Source: an uncultured Planctomycetales bacterium
GTDB taxonomy: Bacteria; Omnitrophota; Gorgyraeia; Gygaellales; Profunditerraquicolaceae
DNA: 64,000 nucleotides
Assembly (NCBI GenBank): GCA_964645795.1
Contig: CAZYCL010000006.1
Coordinates: 73,939-137,938, forward strand
Direction: 5' to 3'
The notes under the pieces were generated by a model. That model was not told the DNA's origin, made no database searches, and saw only the letters and a list, made by a program, of their open reading frames with translations. Shown one piece after another: positions 17,484 to 27,627 of this stretch (positions are counted from its first letter, which is position 1; each line of letters opens with the position of its first letter). A program made the translations under genes and the position numbers.

Positions 17484-19052
17484 ATGGCAGAAATCAAACT
17501 TTACGATACGACGCTGCGGGACGGCTCGCAGGGAGAAGGCATTTCTTATTCGGTCACGGATAAGGTGCGTATTGCCCAGGAGCTGGATAAGTTCGGCATC
17601 CATTATATCGAAGGGGGCTGGCCCGGTTCAAATCCCAAGGATATGGAGTTTTTCCTGAGAATGGCCAGGATTAAGCTCAAAAATTCAATGCTTGCCGCCT
17701 TCAGCATGACCCGCAGGCCCAATATAAAGGCAAAGGACGATTCCAATATCGCCTCGCTTGTCAAGTCTCAGGCAAAAGTAATTGCGATTGTCGGCAAGAC
17801 CTGGGACCTGCACGTCACCGACGTCCTGAAGGTCAGCCTCGATGAAAACCTCAATATGATAAGGGACACCGTCAGCTTCCTTGCGGGAGAAGGCCTGACT
17901 GTTTTCTATGACGCCGAACATTTCTTTGATGCCTACAAGGCAAACCAAGATTATGCCTTAAAGACGATTGCTGCGGCCCAGGAGGCCGGGGCTAAAGCCG
18001 TTTGTCTTTGCGATACCAACGGCGGCAGCCTGACTTCGCAGGTCGCGCGCCTGACCAAAGAAGTGCGCCCGCTGATAAAAGGCATACTCGGTATTCATTG
18101 CCATAACGATGCGGGTTTAGCCGTAGCCAATTCCCTGGCCGCGGTCGAGGCAGGGGCGGATATGGTCCAGGGTACGATCAACGGTTACGGAGAAAGGTGC
18201 GGCAACGCCGACCTTATACCGATCATCGCCAATCTCAAGCTGAAGATGGGCCTTGATTGCGTAAGCGGCGAAGGCCTGAAGAACCTTACAAAGCTCTCGC
18301 ACTTTGTCAGCGAAATTAGCAATATGAGGCAGAGAAACGACCAGCCTTATACCGGCTCATCCGCTTTCGCCCATAAGGGCGGCATGCACATTAACGCCGT
18401 GATGAAGAACCCCCTGGCATATGAGCACGCTGACCCCTCGCTCGTAGGCAGCCATCGCCGGTTCCTTATGTCGGAGCTGGGCGGTAAGACCGGGATCCTG
18501 CTTCGGGCAAAGGACATGGAGTTGGACCTTAGCAAGGATGACCCCCAGACAAAAAAGATCCTTAAGCTGATCCAGGATCTGGAGCATAAAGGTTATCATT
18601 TCGAGGCCGCGGAAGCTTCCCTGGAGCTGCTGATGAAGCGCGCGCTTAAGAAGTACCGCGATTTCTTCGAGCTTGAAGGTTTCCGCGTGGTCATAGAGAA
18701 GCAGTCAAAGAAGAAGATTACCTCCGAGGCGATCATCAAGGTCAAGGTAAAGGGCGCCAAGGAGCATACCGCCGCTGAGGGTGACGGCCCGGTCAACGCT
18801 TTGGATAACGCCCTGCGTAAAGCCTTAAAAGATTTTTATCCCACGCTTTCTAAAATGCATCTCTCTGATTTCAAGGTACGCGTGCTCGATGAGAAGTCCG
18901 GGACCGCGGCCAAGGTGCGCGTATTGATACAATCCCAGGACGAGTCCGACAGCTGGAGCACTATCGGGGTCCACGAGAATATAATCGAAGCCTCCTGGCA
19001 GGCTTTGGTTGACAGCGTGGAGTATAAGCTCCTGAAGGATAAAACCAAATAA
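17484..19052 (+). CDS. cimA: (R)-citramalate synthase / 2-isopropylmalate synthase family (LeuA/CimA)
   Basis: It has the LYDTTLRDGSQ HMGL-like N-terminus, the HCHND motif, and a C-terminal LeuA-dimer domain. At 522 aa it suits CimA. Confidence 0.7.
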   Translation: MAEIKLYDTTLRDGSQGEGISYSVTDKVRIAQELDKFGIHYIEGGWPGSNPKDMEFFLRMARIKLKNSMLAAFSMTRRPNIKAKDDSNIASLVKSQAKVIAIVGKTWDLHVTDVLKVSLDENLNMIRDTVSFLAGEGLTVFYDAEHFFDAYKANQDYALKTIAAAQEAGAKAVCLCDTNGGSLTSQVARLTKEVRPLIKGILGIHCHNDAGLAVANSLAAVEAGADMVQGTINGYGERCGNADLIPIIANLKLKMGLDCVSGEGLKNLTKLSHFVSEISNMRQRNDQPYTGSSAFAHKGGMHINAVMKNPLAYEHADPSLVGSHRRFLMSELGGKTGILLRAKDMELDLSKDDPQTKKILKLIQDLEHKGYHFEAAEASLELLMKRALKKYRDFFELEGFRVVIEKQSKKKITSEAIIKVKVKGAKEHTAAEGDGPVNALDNALRKALKDFYPTLSKMHLSDFKVRVLDEKSGTAAKVRVLIQSQDESDSWSTIGVHENIIEASWQALVDSVEYKLLKDKTK

Positions 19053-19059
19053 CCCTCTG

Positions 19060-21750
19060 ATGATCGAAATACCCAGTCGCTATAATCCCCACGAAACCGA
19101 GGATAAATGGTATAAGTTTTGGGAAGAGAACGGATTGTTTGCCGCAAAGAGCAATCCTTCCAAGAAGCCTTATTGCATCGTTATCCCCCCGCCCAACGTC
19201 ACCGGCATCCTGCATATGGGCCATGCCCTGAACAATACTATCCAGGATATACTTATCCGCTACCACCGCATGAAGGGCCGGGAGTCGCTCTGGATGCCCG
19301 GCACCGACCACGCCGGCATCGCCACTCAGAATGTGGTAGAGAAGAAGCTTGCCAGGGAGGGGATTAAGCGCCAGGACCTGGGCAGGGAAAAGTTCATCGA
19401 AAAGGTCTGGGAGTGGAGAGAGGAGTACGGCTCGACCATCATCCGCCAGCTCAAGAAGCTCGCAGCCTCCTGCGACTGGCCGCGGCTGCGCTTTACCATG
19501 GATGAGGATTATTCCAATGCGGTTATCGAGGTATTCAGCCGTCTTTATGAAAAAGGCCTTATCTATCGCGGCAGCTACATAATTAATTGGTGCCCGCGCT
19601 GTCAGACCGCGCTTTCTGACGAAGAGGCCCCGCATCAGGAAATGCAGGGCAGCCTTTATTACTTAAGATACCCCCTTAAAGATGTCACCAGGTCACCGGG
19701 TCACCAGGTCACCGGTCAGGAACATGTTGTTGTGGCGACAACTCGGCCTGAGACTATGCTCGGCGATACGGCGGTGGCGGTAAACCCTAAAGATAAAAGG
19801 TACAAAAAGCTCATCGGCAAAACTCTGATCTTGCCTTTGGTAAACAGAGAGATAAAAGTAATCGCTGATTCCGCGGTTGACATGAAGTTCGCAACCGGTG
19901 CGGTCAAGGTCACCCCCGCCCATGACCCCAATGATTATGCCATGGGTAAAAAGCATAACCTGGATTTCGTCAATGTCATGCAGCCGGATGGCCGCATGAA
20001 CGAGTCAGCAGGCGAGTATAAGGATATGGACCGGTTCCAGGCCCGCAAGCTCATCGTAGAACATTTAAAAGAGAAGGGGCTATTGGAGAAGATCGAGCCG
20101 CACGCGCTTTCCGCCGGCCACTGTTACCGCTGCCATACGATAATCGAGCCTTACCTTTCCAAACAGTGGTTTGTGAAGATGAAACCGCTGGCAAAAGAGG
20201 CTATTGATGTCGTCAAGACCGGCAGGATCAAGTTCCACCCTAAGCGCTGGACCAAGGTTTATCTTAACTGGATGGAGAATATCCAGGACTGGTGTATATC
20301 GCGCCAGATCTGGTGGGGCCATCGCATACCGGTCTACTACTGCAGGAACTGCGGCCAAGAGAAGTGTATCGTTTCCAAGGCCAGGCCCGAGAAGTGCCCT
20401 GATTGCAGCTCTGTTGATATTTATCAGGATGAGGATGTCCTGGATACCTGGTTTTCTTCATGGCTTTGGCCGTTTGCGACTTTTTACTGGCCGGATGACC
20501 CAAATAAGGAGGATCTGAAGTATTTTTATCCTACTTCAGTGTTAGTTACTGCTCCTGAAATCATATTCTTTTGGGTGGCGCGCATGATCATGTCGGGCTT
20601 AGAGTTCATGGGCGATATACCCTTTAAGGATGTTTATATCCACGGCACGGTGCGGGATGCCGAAGGCAAGAAGATGTCCAAGTCCCTGGGAAACAGCATC
20701 GACCCGCTTGAGATCATCAAAGAGTACGGCTGCGACGCCCTGAGGTTCAGCTTGATTTCTATTACAGCCCAGGGGCAGGATGTATTCCTGGCTAAGGAGA
20801 GGTTTGAGCAGGGCAGGAACTTTGCCAACAAGCTCTGGAATGCCTCGCGTTTCATACTCATGAACCTGGAAGATGAAGATTGCGGCAAGCGGGATTTGTG
20901 CGAGTTCTTTAAAAAGGAAGACCTGAGCCTGGTCAACCGTTGGATCTTGAGCAGGTTCTACTCGACCCTCAAAGACGTCAATAAGGAGCTCGATTCATAC
21001 CGTTTCAACGAGGCGGCCAATACCAGATATAGTTTTTTCTGGCATGAGTTTTGCGATTGGTACATAGAGATGGTTAAATCCGATATCAAGGATGCGCATA
21101 ATCAGACTGTGGCGTACAAGCTCCTGGAGAATTCGATAAGGATGCTGCATCCGTTTATGCCGTTCATCACCGAGGAGCTTTGGCAGAAAATTCAAGTCAC
21201 CAAGTCACCAAGTCACCAAGTCAGCAGTATTATGGCGGAGAGTTGGCCGCATGTTCAGGAGAATATGATCGATAAAAAGACCGAAACATTGATGAACTCT
21301 GTATTCGAGATCATCACCGCGATAAGAAATTTGCGCGCAGAGCTGGAGATCCCGCTACAGGATAAAGTGGAAATGGTCCTGTGCGTGCCGGGCAGGGAGA
21401 AGTCAAAGTTGATCGGCGGGCTCAGCCAACAGATAGCGGATCTCGCGGGGTTAAAAGGATTGTCTTTGAAGCCGGCGTACGCTGCGGCTAAAGGCCAGAT
21501 CAGTTCGGTGCTGCGTGATATGCATATCGTAATACCCGTATCCGGGATGAGCGAGCCCGCTAAATTCAGGCAGAAGATCATCGAAAGGACGGGGAGGCTG
21601 GCAGGTGAGATAGCGGTCAAGACGAAGATGCTGTCGAACCGCGATTTTGTTAAAAAAGCTCCCAAGGAGGTAGTGGAGAAAGAGAGGGCCAGGCTTTGCG
21701 AACTTAAGGATACCCTCAAAAAACTGGAGGCAGTCAAAGATGGAATCTAA
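19060..21750 (+). CDS. valS: Valine--tRNA ligase
   Basis: HMGH and KMSKS class I motifs and a C-terminal coiled coil. It contains two in-frame GTCACC-repeat insertions (19684-19720 and 21193-21224). Confidence 0.9.
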   Translation: MIEIPSRYNPHETEDKWYKFWEENGLFAAKSNPSKKPYCIVIPPPNVTGILHMGHALNNTIQDILIRYHRMKGRESLWMPGTDHAGIATQNVVEKKLAREGIKRQDLGREKFIEKVWEWREEYGSTIIRQLKKLAASCDWPRLRFTMDEDYSNAVIEVFSRLYEKGLIYRGSYIINWCPRCQTALSDEEAPHQEMQGSLYYLRYPLKDVTRSPGHQVTGQEHVVVATTRPETMLGDTAVAVNPKDKRYKKLIGKTLILPLVNREIKVIADSAVDMKFATGAVKVTPAHDPNDYAMGKKHNLDFVNVMQPDGRMNESAGEYKDMDRFQARKLIVEHLKEKGLLEKIEPHALSAGHCYRCHTIIEPYLSKQWFVKMKPLAKEAIDVVKTGRIKFHPKRWTKVYLNWMENIQDWCISRQIWWGHRIPVYYCRNCGQEKCIVSKARPEKCPDCSSVDIYQDEDVLDTWFSSWLWPFATFYWPDDPNKEDLKYFYPTSVLVTAPEIIFFWVARMIMSGLEFMGDIPFKDVYIHGTVRDAEGKKMSKSLGNSIDPLEIIKEYGCDALRFSLISITAQGQDVFLAKERFEQGRNFANKLWNASRFILMNLEDEDCGKRDLCEFFKKEDLSLVNRWILSRFYSTLKDVNKELDSYRFNEAANTRYSFFWHEFCDWYIEMVKSDIKDAHNQTVAYKLLENSIRMLHPFMPFITEELWQKIQVTKSPSHQVSSIMAESWPHVQENMIDKKTETLMNSVFEIITAIRNLRAELEIPLQDKVEMVLCVPGREKSKLIGGLSQQIADLAGLKGLSLKPAYAAAKGQISSVLRDMHIVIPVSGMSEPAKFRQKIIERTGRLAGEIAVKTKMLSNRDFVKKAPKEVVEKERARLCELKDTLKKLEAVKDGI
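19684..19720. repeat. Tandem octamer repeat GTCACCAG/GTCACCGG x4, in frame inside valS (encodes VTRSPGHQVTGQ)
   Basis: Read directly from the sequence. Confidence 0.8.
21193..21224. repeat. Tandem octamer repeat CAAGTCAC x3.5, in frame inside valS (encodes QVTKSPSHQVSS)
   Basis: Read directly from the sequence. Confidence 0.8.
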
Positions 21751-22621
21751 ATATTTTCTTTCGGATAAGAAGCCGGCACTCGATCAGACAAAAGTGGATG
21801 CAATAGTGAGGCACGCGCTGATAGAAGACATCGGCCACGGCGACATCACTACTCAGCTGACCATCCCAAAAGATAAGGAGATCAAGGCCTCTATCGTCGT
21901 AAAAGAAGATTGCGTGGTCTGCGGCCTGTTCATCGCCGAGAGGAGCTTCAAGGTCTATGACCCCGAAACCAAGTTTAGCGCACAGGTTAGCGAGGGCAGG
22001 AGCGTCAAGAAGGGCAAGGTCATCGTCAAGCTCGCAGGCAAGGCCAGCGGCATACTTACCGCGGAGCGCGTCGCCCTTAACATGCTGAGCATGCTTTCGG
22101 CAATAGCCACTAAGACCCGGGAGTTCGTGAGAGAGATCGAGCCCAATAAGACCAAGATCACTGATACCAGGAAGACATTCCCGGGGCTGCGGGAGCTGCA
22201 GAAGTATGCCGTGCGCACAGGGGGAGGCCATAACCACCGTATGGGGCTGGATGAGATGATCCTGATCAAGGACAACCATATTCAGGTGACCGAAGGCTAC
22301 GACCGCCTGCCCAGCGTCCCCAAAGGATTCAAGATCGAAATAGAGGTCCAGAACCTCGATGAGTTCAGGCACGCCCTTAAGTTCAAGCCTGACGTCATCA
22401 TGCTTGACAACATGGAGCTGGCCGACATTAAGAAGGCGGTGGAGATCCGGGACGGCACAAGCTTCGCGCATTCGCATCACCCCAGGACCAAGCTTGAGGT
22501 CTCCGGAGGCATAAACCTGGAAAATGTGAAGAAGATAGCTTCTGCCGGAGTCGATATCATTTCGGTAGGAGAGCTTACGCATTCGATAGAATCGATAGAT
22601 ATGAGCCTGGAGATAGAGTAG
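21740..22621 (+). CDS. nadC: Nicotinate-nucleotide pyrophosphorylase [carboxylating]
   Basis: The QPRTase-family motifs are present (DITT, RKT.PGLR, KDNHI, LDNM). Confidence 0.85.
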   Translation: MESKYFLSDKKPALDQTKVDAIVRHALIEDIGHGDITTQLTIPKDKEIKASIVVKEDCVVCGLFIAERSFKVYDPETKFSAQVSEGRSVKKGKVIVKLAGKASGILTAERVALNMLSMLSAIATKTREFVREIEPNKTKITDTRKTFPGLRELQKYAVRTGGGHNHRMGLDEMILIKDNHIQVTEGYDRLPSVPKGFKIEIEVQNLDEFRHALKFKPDVIMLDNMELADIKKAVEIRDGTSFAHSHHPRTKLEVSGGINLENVKKIASAGVDIISVGELTHSIESIDMSLEIE

Positions 22622-22624
22622 CCT

Positions 22625-23461
22625 TTGAACATGAAAAATACGGTCTACTGTTTGCTATTTTCGATTTTATTATTCCATACGCAGGCCTGCGCCCAGAACT
22701 TTGCGCAGCACAAGCAGAAGACCGCCATAGCCAGGCCGCATGATAAGCTTGTTGTCGGAGAACGGCTTATTTATGCCACCGAGTGGCTGGGGTTTCCGGT
22801 AGGTAAAGCCGTGCTTAAGGTGGAAAGCATTACCGGCATCAACGGCCGCGAATGTTATCATATCAGCGCCGAGGCCGTGCCTAACGATTTTCTGAGGCGT
22901 TTCATCAACCTCCAGTACCGCGTGGACAGCTTCATGGACACCAGGCTTTTATGCAGCCGTCGTTTTGAAAAGGTCAGGCAAATGAATAACGAGACCAACC
23001 ACGTGGTCATGGATTTTGACCAGGAGAACGGAACAGTCAAGTACGTCTCTGAAGGAGGGGCCGAGGCGATTGTAGTGTCGGAACAGATGCGCCAGCTCTA
23101 CGAACAGGTCCCGCCCACATATAAGATCCCGTTCAAGACCCAGGACCTGGTATCTGCTTTCTATCAGTTCCGGGTTACCGGCCTTAAAGAGAAAGGCGAG
23201 TACCCGCTTTCCATTTACTACCACGAAAGGAACTGGAAGACGATATTCAAGGCAGGCGAGCCTTACAACAGGGATTTCCGCAAGCTGGGGACGATCCAGG
23301 TCTTTGAGGTCTCTGTTTCCTCCGAGCTTAATGATTTCATCATCGGCAGGCGCGGTTTTAAGGTGGTATTCTCCAATGACGCCCGCCGCACCCCCTTGGA
23401 GTTCGTGTTCAACACCGCTATAGGCCCTATCCGTTGTCATTTGCAGCAGCCGGAAGAATAA
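22625..23461 (+). CDS. Secreted hypothetical protein (signal peptide; DUF3108-like?)
   Basis: An N-terminal signal peptide with no recognisable catalytic motif. The family call is weak. Confidence 0.35.
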   Translation: MNMKNTVYCLLFSILLFHTQACAQNFAQHKQKTAIARPHDKLVVGERLIYATEWLGFPVGKAVLKVESITGINGRECYHISAEAVPNDFLRRFINLQYRVDSFMDTRLLCSRRFEKVRQMNNETNHVVMDFDQENGTVKYVSEGGAEAIVVSEQMRQLYEQVPPTYKIPFKTQDLVSAFYQFRVTGLKEKGEYPLSIYYHERNWKTIFKAGEPYNRDFRKLGTIQVFEVSVSSELNDFIIGRRGFKVVFSNDARRTPLEFVFNTAIGPIRCHLQQPEE

Positions 23462-23467
23462 GCAATA

Positions 23468-25438
23468 ATGGAAAAGTTCAGGCTAATTTCTGATTTCAGG
23501 CCGCGCGGAGACCAGCCCGGGGCGATAAGGGGGCTTGTCGCCTCCATCAAAAGCGGCAGGCGCTACCAGGTGCTTAAAGGCGTGACCGGATCCGGCAAGA
23601 CCTTTACCCTGGCGAACGTCATCGCCGATATCAACCTGCCAACGCTGGTCATCTCTCATAATAAGACCCTTGCCGCGCAGCTCTACTCGGAGTTCAAAGA
23701 GTTTTTCCCGCATAATGCCGTAGAGTACTTTGTCAGTTACTACGATTACTATCAGCCGGAAGCCTACATACCCTCCACCGACACTTACATAGAAAAGGAC
23801 TCATCGATAAACGACCGGCTTGACCGGTTGCGCCTTTCCGCTACCACCAGCCTTATGTCGCGCAGGGATGTACTGATTGTGGCGTCGGTTTCCTGTATCT
23901 ACAATCTGGGCAGCCCTCAGGATTACCGCGATACCTTGCTGATCATCGAGAAAGGCCAGATGGTATCGCGCGACGATATCCTGTACCGGCTTATCCAGAT
24001 GCAGTATGAGCGAAACGACTACGAGTTTGTGCGGGGAAGGATCCGGCTAAGAGGCGACTGCCTTGAAGTGTTCCCCGCTTATCAGGAAAAGGCGCTGCGC
24101 ATAGAGCTTGATAAAGACAGGGTATCCCGGATCAGCGAAGTCGAGCCGGTTTCGGCGCGGGTACTTAACGTCCTCGAGAGGGCAGCGATTTATCCGGCAA
24201 AGCATTTTATCTTTTCCGAGGACAAGGTTGATAGCGCCATAGCCTCCATAAAAGCGGAGTTAGCCCGGCAGCTTGATTTTCTGCGTTCGGAAAACAAGCT
24301 TCTGGAGGCCCAGAGATTGGAGTCGCGCACCAACTATGATATGGAGATGCTCAAGGAGATCGGCTATTGCCACGGCATAGAAAATTATTCGCTTCACCTC
24401 TGTGGCCGGCCTGCCGGAAGCCGGCCTTACTGCATGATAGATTATTTCCAGGGCGACTTCCTGACCATTATCGATGAGTCCCATGTCACTGTCCCTCAGA
24501 TACGCGGGATGTATGAGGGGGACCGGGCCAGAAAAGAGACCTTGGTGCGCTACGGTTTCCGGCTTCCATCATGCCTTGATAACCGGCCGCTGAAGTTTGA
24601 GGAGTTTGACCAGATTACCCGGCAGATGATCTATGTTTCAGCTACGCCTGCCGAATACGAAGTCAGCCGGTCCGGGCATAGCGTCATCGAGCAGATGATA
24701 CGGCCCACCGGGCTGCTGGATCCAGAGATAGTCATCAGGCCCACAGACGGACAGATCGAAGACCTGGCGCAGGAGATAAAGCGGCGCTCCGGCAGGGGAG
24801 AGCGCGTGCTTGTCACGACCCTTACCAAGAGGATGGCCGAGGACCTTTGTGCCTATTTACAGGAAAAGGGTTTAAAGGTAAAATATCTACACTCCGAAAT
24901 AGAGACGATAGACCGCTCAAAGATCCTCAGGCAGCTTAGAGAAAAGGGTTTTGACTGCCTGGTAGGAGTGAATCTTCTAAGGGAGGGGCTGGACCTTCCT
25001 GAAGTTTCTTTGGTAGCGATACTGGATGCCGATAAGGAAGGGTTCTTGCGTTCGGCTACCAGCCTTATCCAGCTGGGAGGCAGGGCCGCGCGCAATATCA
25101 ACGGGATGGTGGTCATGTATGCGGATACGCTTACGGCTTCCATGAAAAAGGCCCTCCTTGAGAGCAGGCGCAGGCGCGTGCTTCAGGAGAAGTTTAATAA
25201 AAAGAACGGCATTACTCCCCGTTCGATACAGAAGGCGATAAAACAGGGTATCGAAGACCTGGAAGATGCCGAGGAGTTTGTGCAGGGGCTGACGGGTGAG
25301 CAGAGAGATGAGTATGAGCTTAGGAAATATATGGCAGAGCTAGGCTATGAAATGGAGCTGGCTGCGCGAAACCTTCAGTTCGAAAAGGCCGCCCAGCTTC
25401 GCGACAGGATAACCGAGCTTAAGAAGATAAAAGGATAA
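23468..25438 (+). CDS. uvrB: Excinuclease ABC subunit B
   Basis: Walker A GVTGSGKT, the YYDYYQPEAY beta-hairpin region, the helicase motifs, and a C-terminal UVR domain. Confidence 0.9.
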   Translation: MEKFRLISDFRPRGDQPGAIRGLVASIKSGRRYQVLKGVTGSGKTFTLANVIADINLPTLVISHNKTLAAQLYSEFKEFFPHNAVEYFVSYYDYYQPEAYIPSTDTYIEKDSSINDRLDRLRLSATTSLMSRRDVLIVASVSCIYNLGSPQDYRDTLLIIEKGQMVSRDDILYRLIQMQYERNDYEFVRGRIRLRGDCLEVFPAYQEKALRIELDKDRVSRISEVEPVSARVLNVLERAAIYPAKHFIFSEDKVDSAIASIKAELARQLDFLRSENKLLEAQRLESRTNYDMEMLKEIGYCHGIENYSLHLCGRPAGSRPYCMIDYFQGDFLTIIDESHVTVPQIRGMYEGDRARKETLVRYGFRLPSCLDNRPLKFEEFDQITRQMIYVSATPAEYEVSRSGHSVIEQMIRPTGLLDPEIVIRPTDGQIEDLAQEIKRRSGRGERVLVTTLTKRMAEDLCAYLQEKGLKVKYLHSEIETIDRSKILRQLREKGFDCLVGVNLLREGLDLPEVSLVAILDADKEGFLRSATSLIQLGGRAARNINGMVVMYADTLTASMKKALLESRRRRVLQEKFNKKNGITPRSIQKAIKQGIEDLEDAEEFVQGLTGEQRDEYELRKYMAELGYEMELAARNLQFEKAAQLRDRITELKKIKG

Positions 25439-25445
25439 TCAATAT

Positions 25446-26186
25446 ATGGTCTTAGCGGTAGATATAGGGAATACCAATATCAGCTTTGGTCTGATCGGTC
25501 CTAAAGGCAGGGTCTTTAAAAACTTCGTTCTGCCTACATCCCGTTACAGGCTTTCGCAGGTCAAGGCGAAGCTAAAAGGCCTAAGGGCGTCTGATGCCGT
25601 AATATGCAGCGTTGTCCCGCGCCTTACCGGCAGGCTTGCCGTGGACCTCAAGGGTTTTCTTAAAGGGCGGGTACTTATCGCGGGAAGGGATATGAAAGTC
25701 CCCATAAAGAACTTATATAAGTATCCGCGCCAGGTAGGCCAGGATAGGCTGGTAAACGCCTACGCGGCTCTGCGTCTATACGGGGCTCCGGTTATCTGCA
25801 TTGACTATGGTACGGCGATCACCTTTGACGCAGTAAGCGCCAGGGGCCAGTACCTGGGAGGATTGATCCTTCCGGGGTTGCGTATCTCCCTGGAAGCCTT
25901 ACATAAAAACACCGCCTTGTTGCCGAGGGTTGAGTTGGCGGCTCCCCGGGAGCTTATCGGCACAGAGACCCGCCAAAGCATGCTTGCGGGAGCAGTTTTT
26001 GGCGCCGCCTGCGTTACCGATGAGATCGTCAGGAGGCTTAAGCATCTTATCGGGAAAAAGGCACTGGTAATTGCCACCGGCGGCAATATCGGGCTCATCG
26101 CGAGGTTTTCCGGCGAGATAGACAAAGTAGAGCGGTTTTTAACGCTTAAAGGGCTTGGTTTTATATTTGGTCTTAAGCAGCCTTAA
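25446..26186 (+). CDS. coaX: Type III pantothenate kinase
   Basis: The N-terminus LAVDIGNTNISFGL and ASKHA-fold motifs. Confidence 0.85.
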   Translation: MVLAVDIGNTNISFGLIGPKGRVFKNFVLPTSRYRLSQVKAKLKGLRASDAVICSVVPRLTGRLAVDLKGFLKGRVLIAGRDMKVPIKNLYKYPRQVGQDRLVNAYAALRLYGAPVICIDYGTAITFDAVSARGQYLGGLILPGLRISLEALHKNTALLPRVELAAPRELIGTETRQSMLAGAVFGAACVTDEIVRRLKHLIGKKALVIATGGNIGLIARFSGEIDKVERFLTLKGLGFIFGLKQP

Positions 26187-27326
26187 GGCCATCGGCTTCA
26201 ATTTTTCCCCTACCAGCCTTGCGTAGGTATCCAGCCCCTCAAAGTTAAAATGCCCGAAAACGTCAGATTCGACGTAGAAGTTCTCGGGCCTTCCAGCAAA
26301 GGCCGCGATAAGGTCGGCCGTAGCGTCATAGTAGGCGGCGCCGGTCCTTGCGCATGCCAAGCTTATCGAGGATAGAACAATTGATTCTGCTTCGGTCGGT
26401 TTCTTTATGCGGATAAAATGCGAGTGATAAACTACCAGCACCCGGCGCTTGTCGCCGGTAAGCTCTATGAGGGTATCGAGCATCTCCACAAGGTTGCCTA
26501 CAAAGAAATCCTTATGTTTGGATAGCAGGCCTTCGCTTCTTCCCCCCAGGCCCCTGGTGTAATCGAGTATGAACCTGGATTCTTTTGCCAGATGCGGGTT
26601 CTTCAGCCCGATTATGTTCATGCGTATGCGCGTATGATAGAACTTCATTATGAGCCTGATAAGGTATAAAGGCTGTTTTTGGATGGCGACAAAACCTTCA
26701 AGGAACTCGCGGTATACCGGATCGGATCTGACCGCTATTATTTTGCCTTTGCGGTCACGGACCGCGAACTTATCATACCTGACCAGGTCGTCCAGGAAAT
26801 CCGTTTCATCTATATCGATGACCACCATATCCGGCTGTATTAGTGGAAGCAGCTTTTTTGCCTGGGCGGTATAGATTAGCGGTGAATAAGAGGCGCAGGC
26901 GGCATTAAGCAGCTTTATCCGATAAGAGGCCAGCTGAGTCTGCTGAAAATAGCGCCATACCTGCTGCGGGATAGTGTGCTCGTCGTCATAGCCCTCCATG
27001 AACGAATCCCCCATGAACAGTATGACAAACGGCCTGTCCTTGGCTCTATAATCGGGCCTGGCGCTTTCTATGCGCACGCCGTGCTTGTCGTAGAGTTTTT
27101 TTATCCCTTTAAGCGACGGCCAGTAATCCATTCGGAAATTGCATTCTCCGGGCGGGTTCCTGTGGTGGAGGGTGTCTGAACAGGCCAAGGCAGAAATGTG
27201 GCTGAAATCCAGCTCAACGAGCGGTCCGAGCTTTTGCTGCATCCTTAATAAGAACTCCGTCAGCGCCAGGAGTGCGAGTACGTAAAGGAAGAATTTTAAT
27301 AGCTTGGCAAGAGAAGGCAGTTGCAT
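26139..27326 (-). CDS. Membrane-anchored SGNH/GDSL-family hydrolase
   Basis: An N-terminal TM helix, then FVILFMGDSFMEG (the GDS(L) block I). The start was taken at the ATG at 27326 rather than the upstream GTG. Confidence 0.5.
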   Translation of the reverse strand: MQLPSLAKLLKFFLYVLALLALTEFLLRMQQKLGPLVELDFSHISALACSDTLHHRNPPGECNFRMDYWPSLKGIKKLYDKHGVRIESARPDYRAKDRPFVILFMGDSFMEGYDDEHTIPQQVWRYFQQTQLASYRIKLLNAACASYSPLIYTAQAKKLLPLIQPDMVVIDIDETDFLDDLVRYDKFAVRDRKGKIIAVRSDPVYREFLEGFVAIQKQPLYLIRLIMKFYHTRIRMNIIGLKNPHLAKESRFILDYTRGLGGRSEGLLSKHKDFFVGNLVEMLDTLIELTGDKRRVLVVYHSHFIRIKKPTEAESIVLSSISLACARTGAAYYDATADLIAAFAGRPENFYVESDVFGHFNFEGLDTYARLVGEKLKPMALRLLKTKYKTKPFKR

Positions 27327-27431
27327 TAAGCTATTATTATGTTTTTTGTCTGTCTTGTCAATATTTAAGCGATTTATCGGCTCAGGGCCTTGAAAACGCA
27401 CAAGGTTATGTTATAATTATCATGTAAGAAG

Positions 27432-27510
27432 AAAAGGGCAAGGGGCAAACTACCAGCGGGCAGGCAATGCCCAGGAAGTAAGAGAGAAAATTTCGCCCCC
27501 TTGCTCTTTT
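27432..27510. repeat. Long imperfect inverted repeat (AAAAGGGCAAGGGGCAAA ... TTTCGCCCCCTTGCTCTTTT) enclosing a small internal hairpin, in the divergent intergenic region
   Basis: Read directly from the sequence. Confidence 0.5.
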
Positions 27511-27514
27511 TTAT

Positions 27515-27556
27515 TTGGGGACGGTTCCGGGGACAGGTCCCAGAACCGTCCCCAAA
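27515..27556. repeat. 41-nt palindrome TTGGGGACGGTTCCGGGGAC-AGGTCCCAGAACCGTCCCCAA (family P), copy 1
   Basis: Read directly. It lies 20 nt upstream of the groES -35. Confidence 0.8.
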
Positions 27557-27573
27557 TTTTTTAAAAAAATTAC

Positions 27574-27601
27574 TTGACAACTTTTTATTTTTTCCTATAA
27601 T
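27574..27601 (+). promoter_or_regulatory. Sigma-70 promoter of groESL: -35 TTGACA (27574-27579), 16-nt spacer, -10 TATAAT (27596-27601)
   Basis: Exact consensus hexamers. Confidence 0.75.
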
Positions 27602-27627
27602 TAGCACTCTGTAGGGTGGAGTGCTAA
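27601..27627 (+). promoter_or_regulatory. CIRCE operator (HrcA binding site) TTAGCACTC-N9-GAGTGCTAA
   Basis: A perfect match to the CIRCE consensus, immediately downstream of the -10. Confidence 0.85.

Noticed and set aside
19684-19720. Possibility that the GTCACC arrays are a CRISPR array
   Set aside because: The period is 8 nt with no spacers, the units are hexamer or octamer words, and copies occur inside an intact CDS. Not CRISPR-like.
21734-22582. 282-aa minus-strand ORF antisense to nadC
   Set aside because: It fully overlaps the conserved nadC and has no recognisable domain. Spurious.
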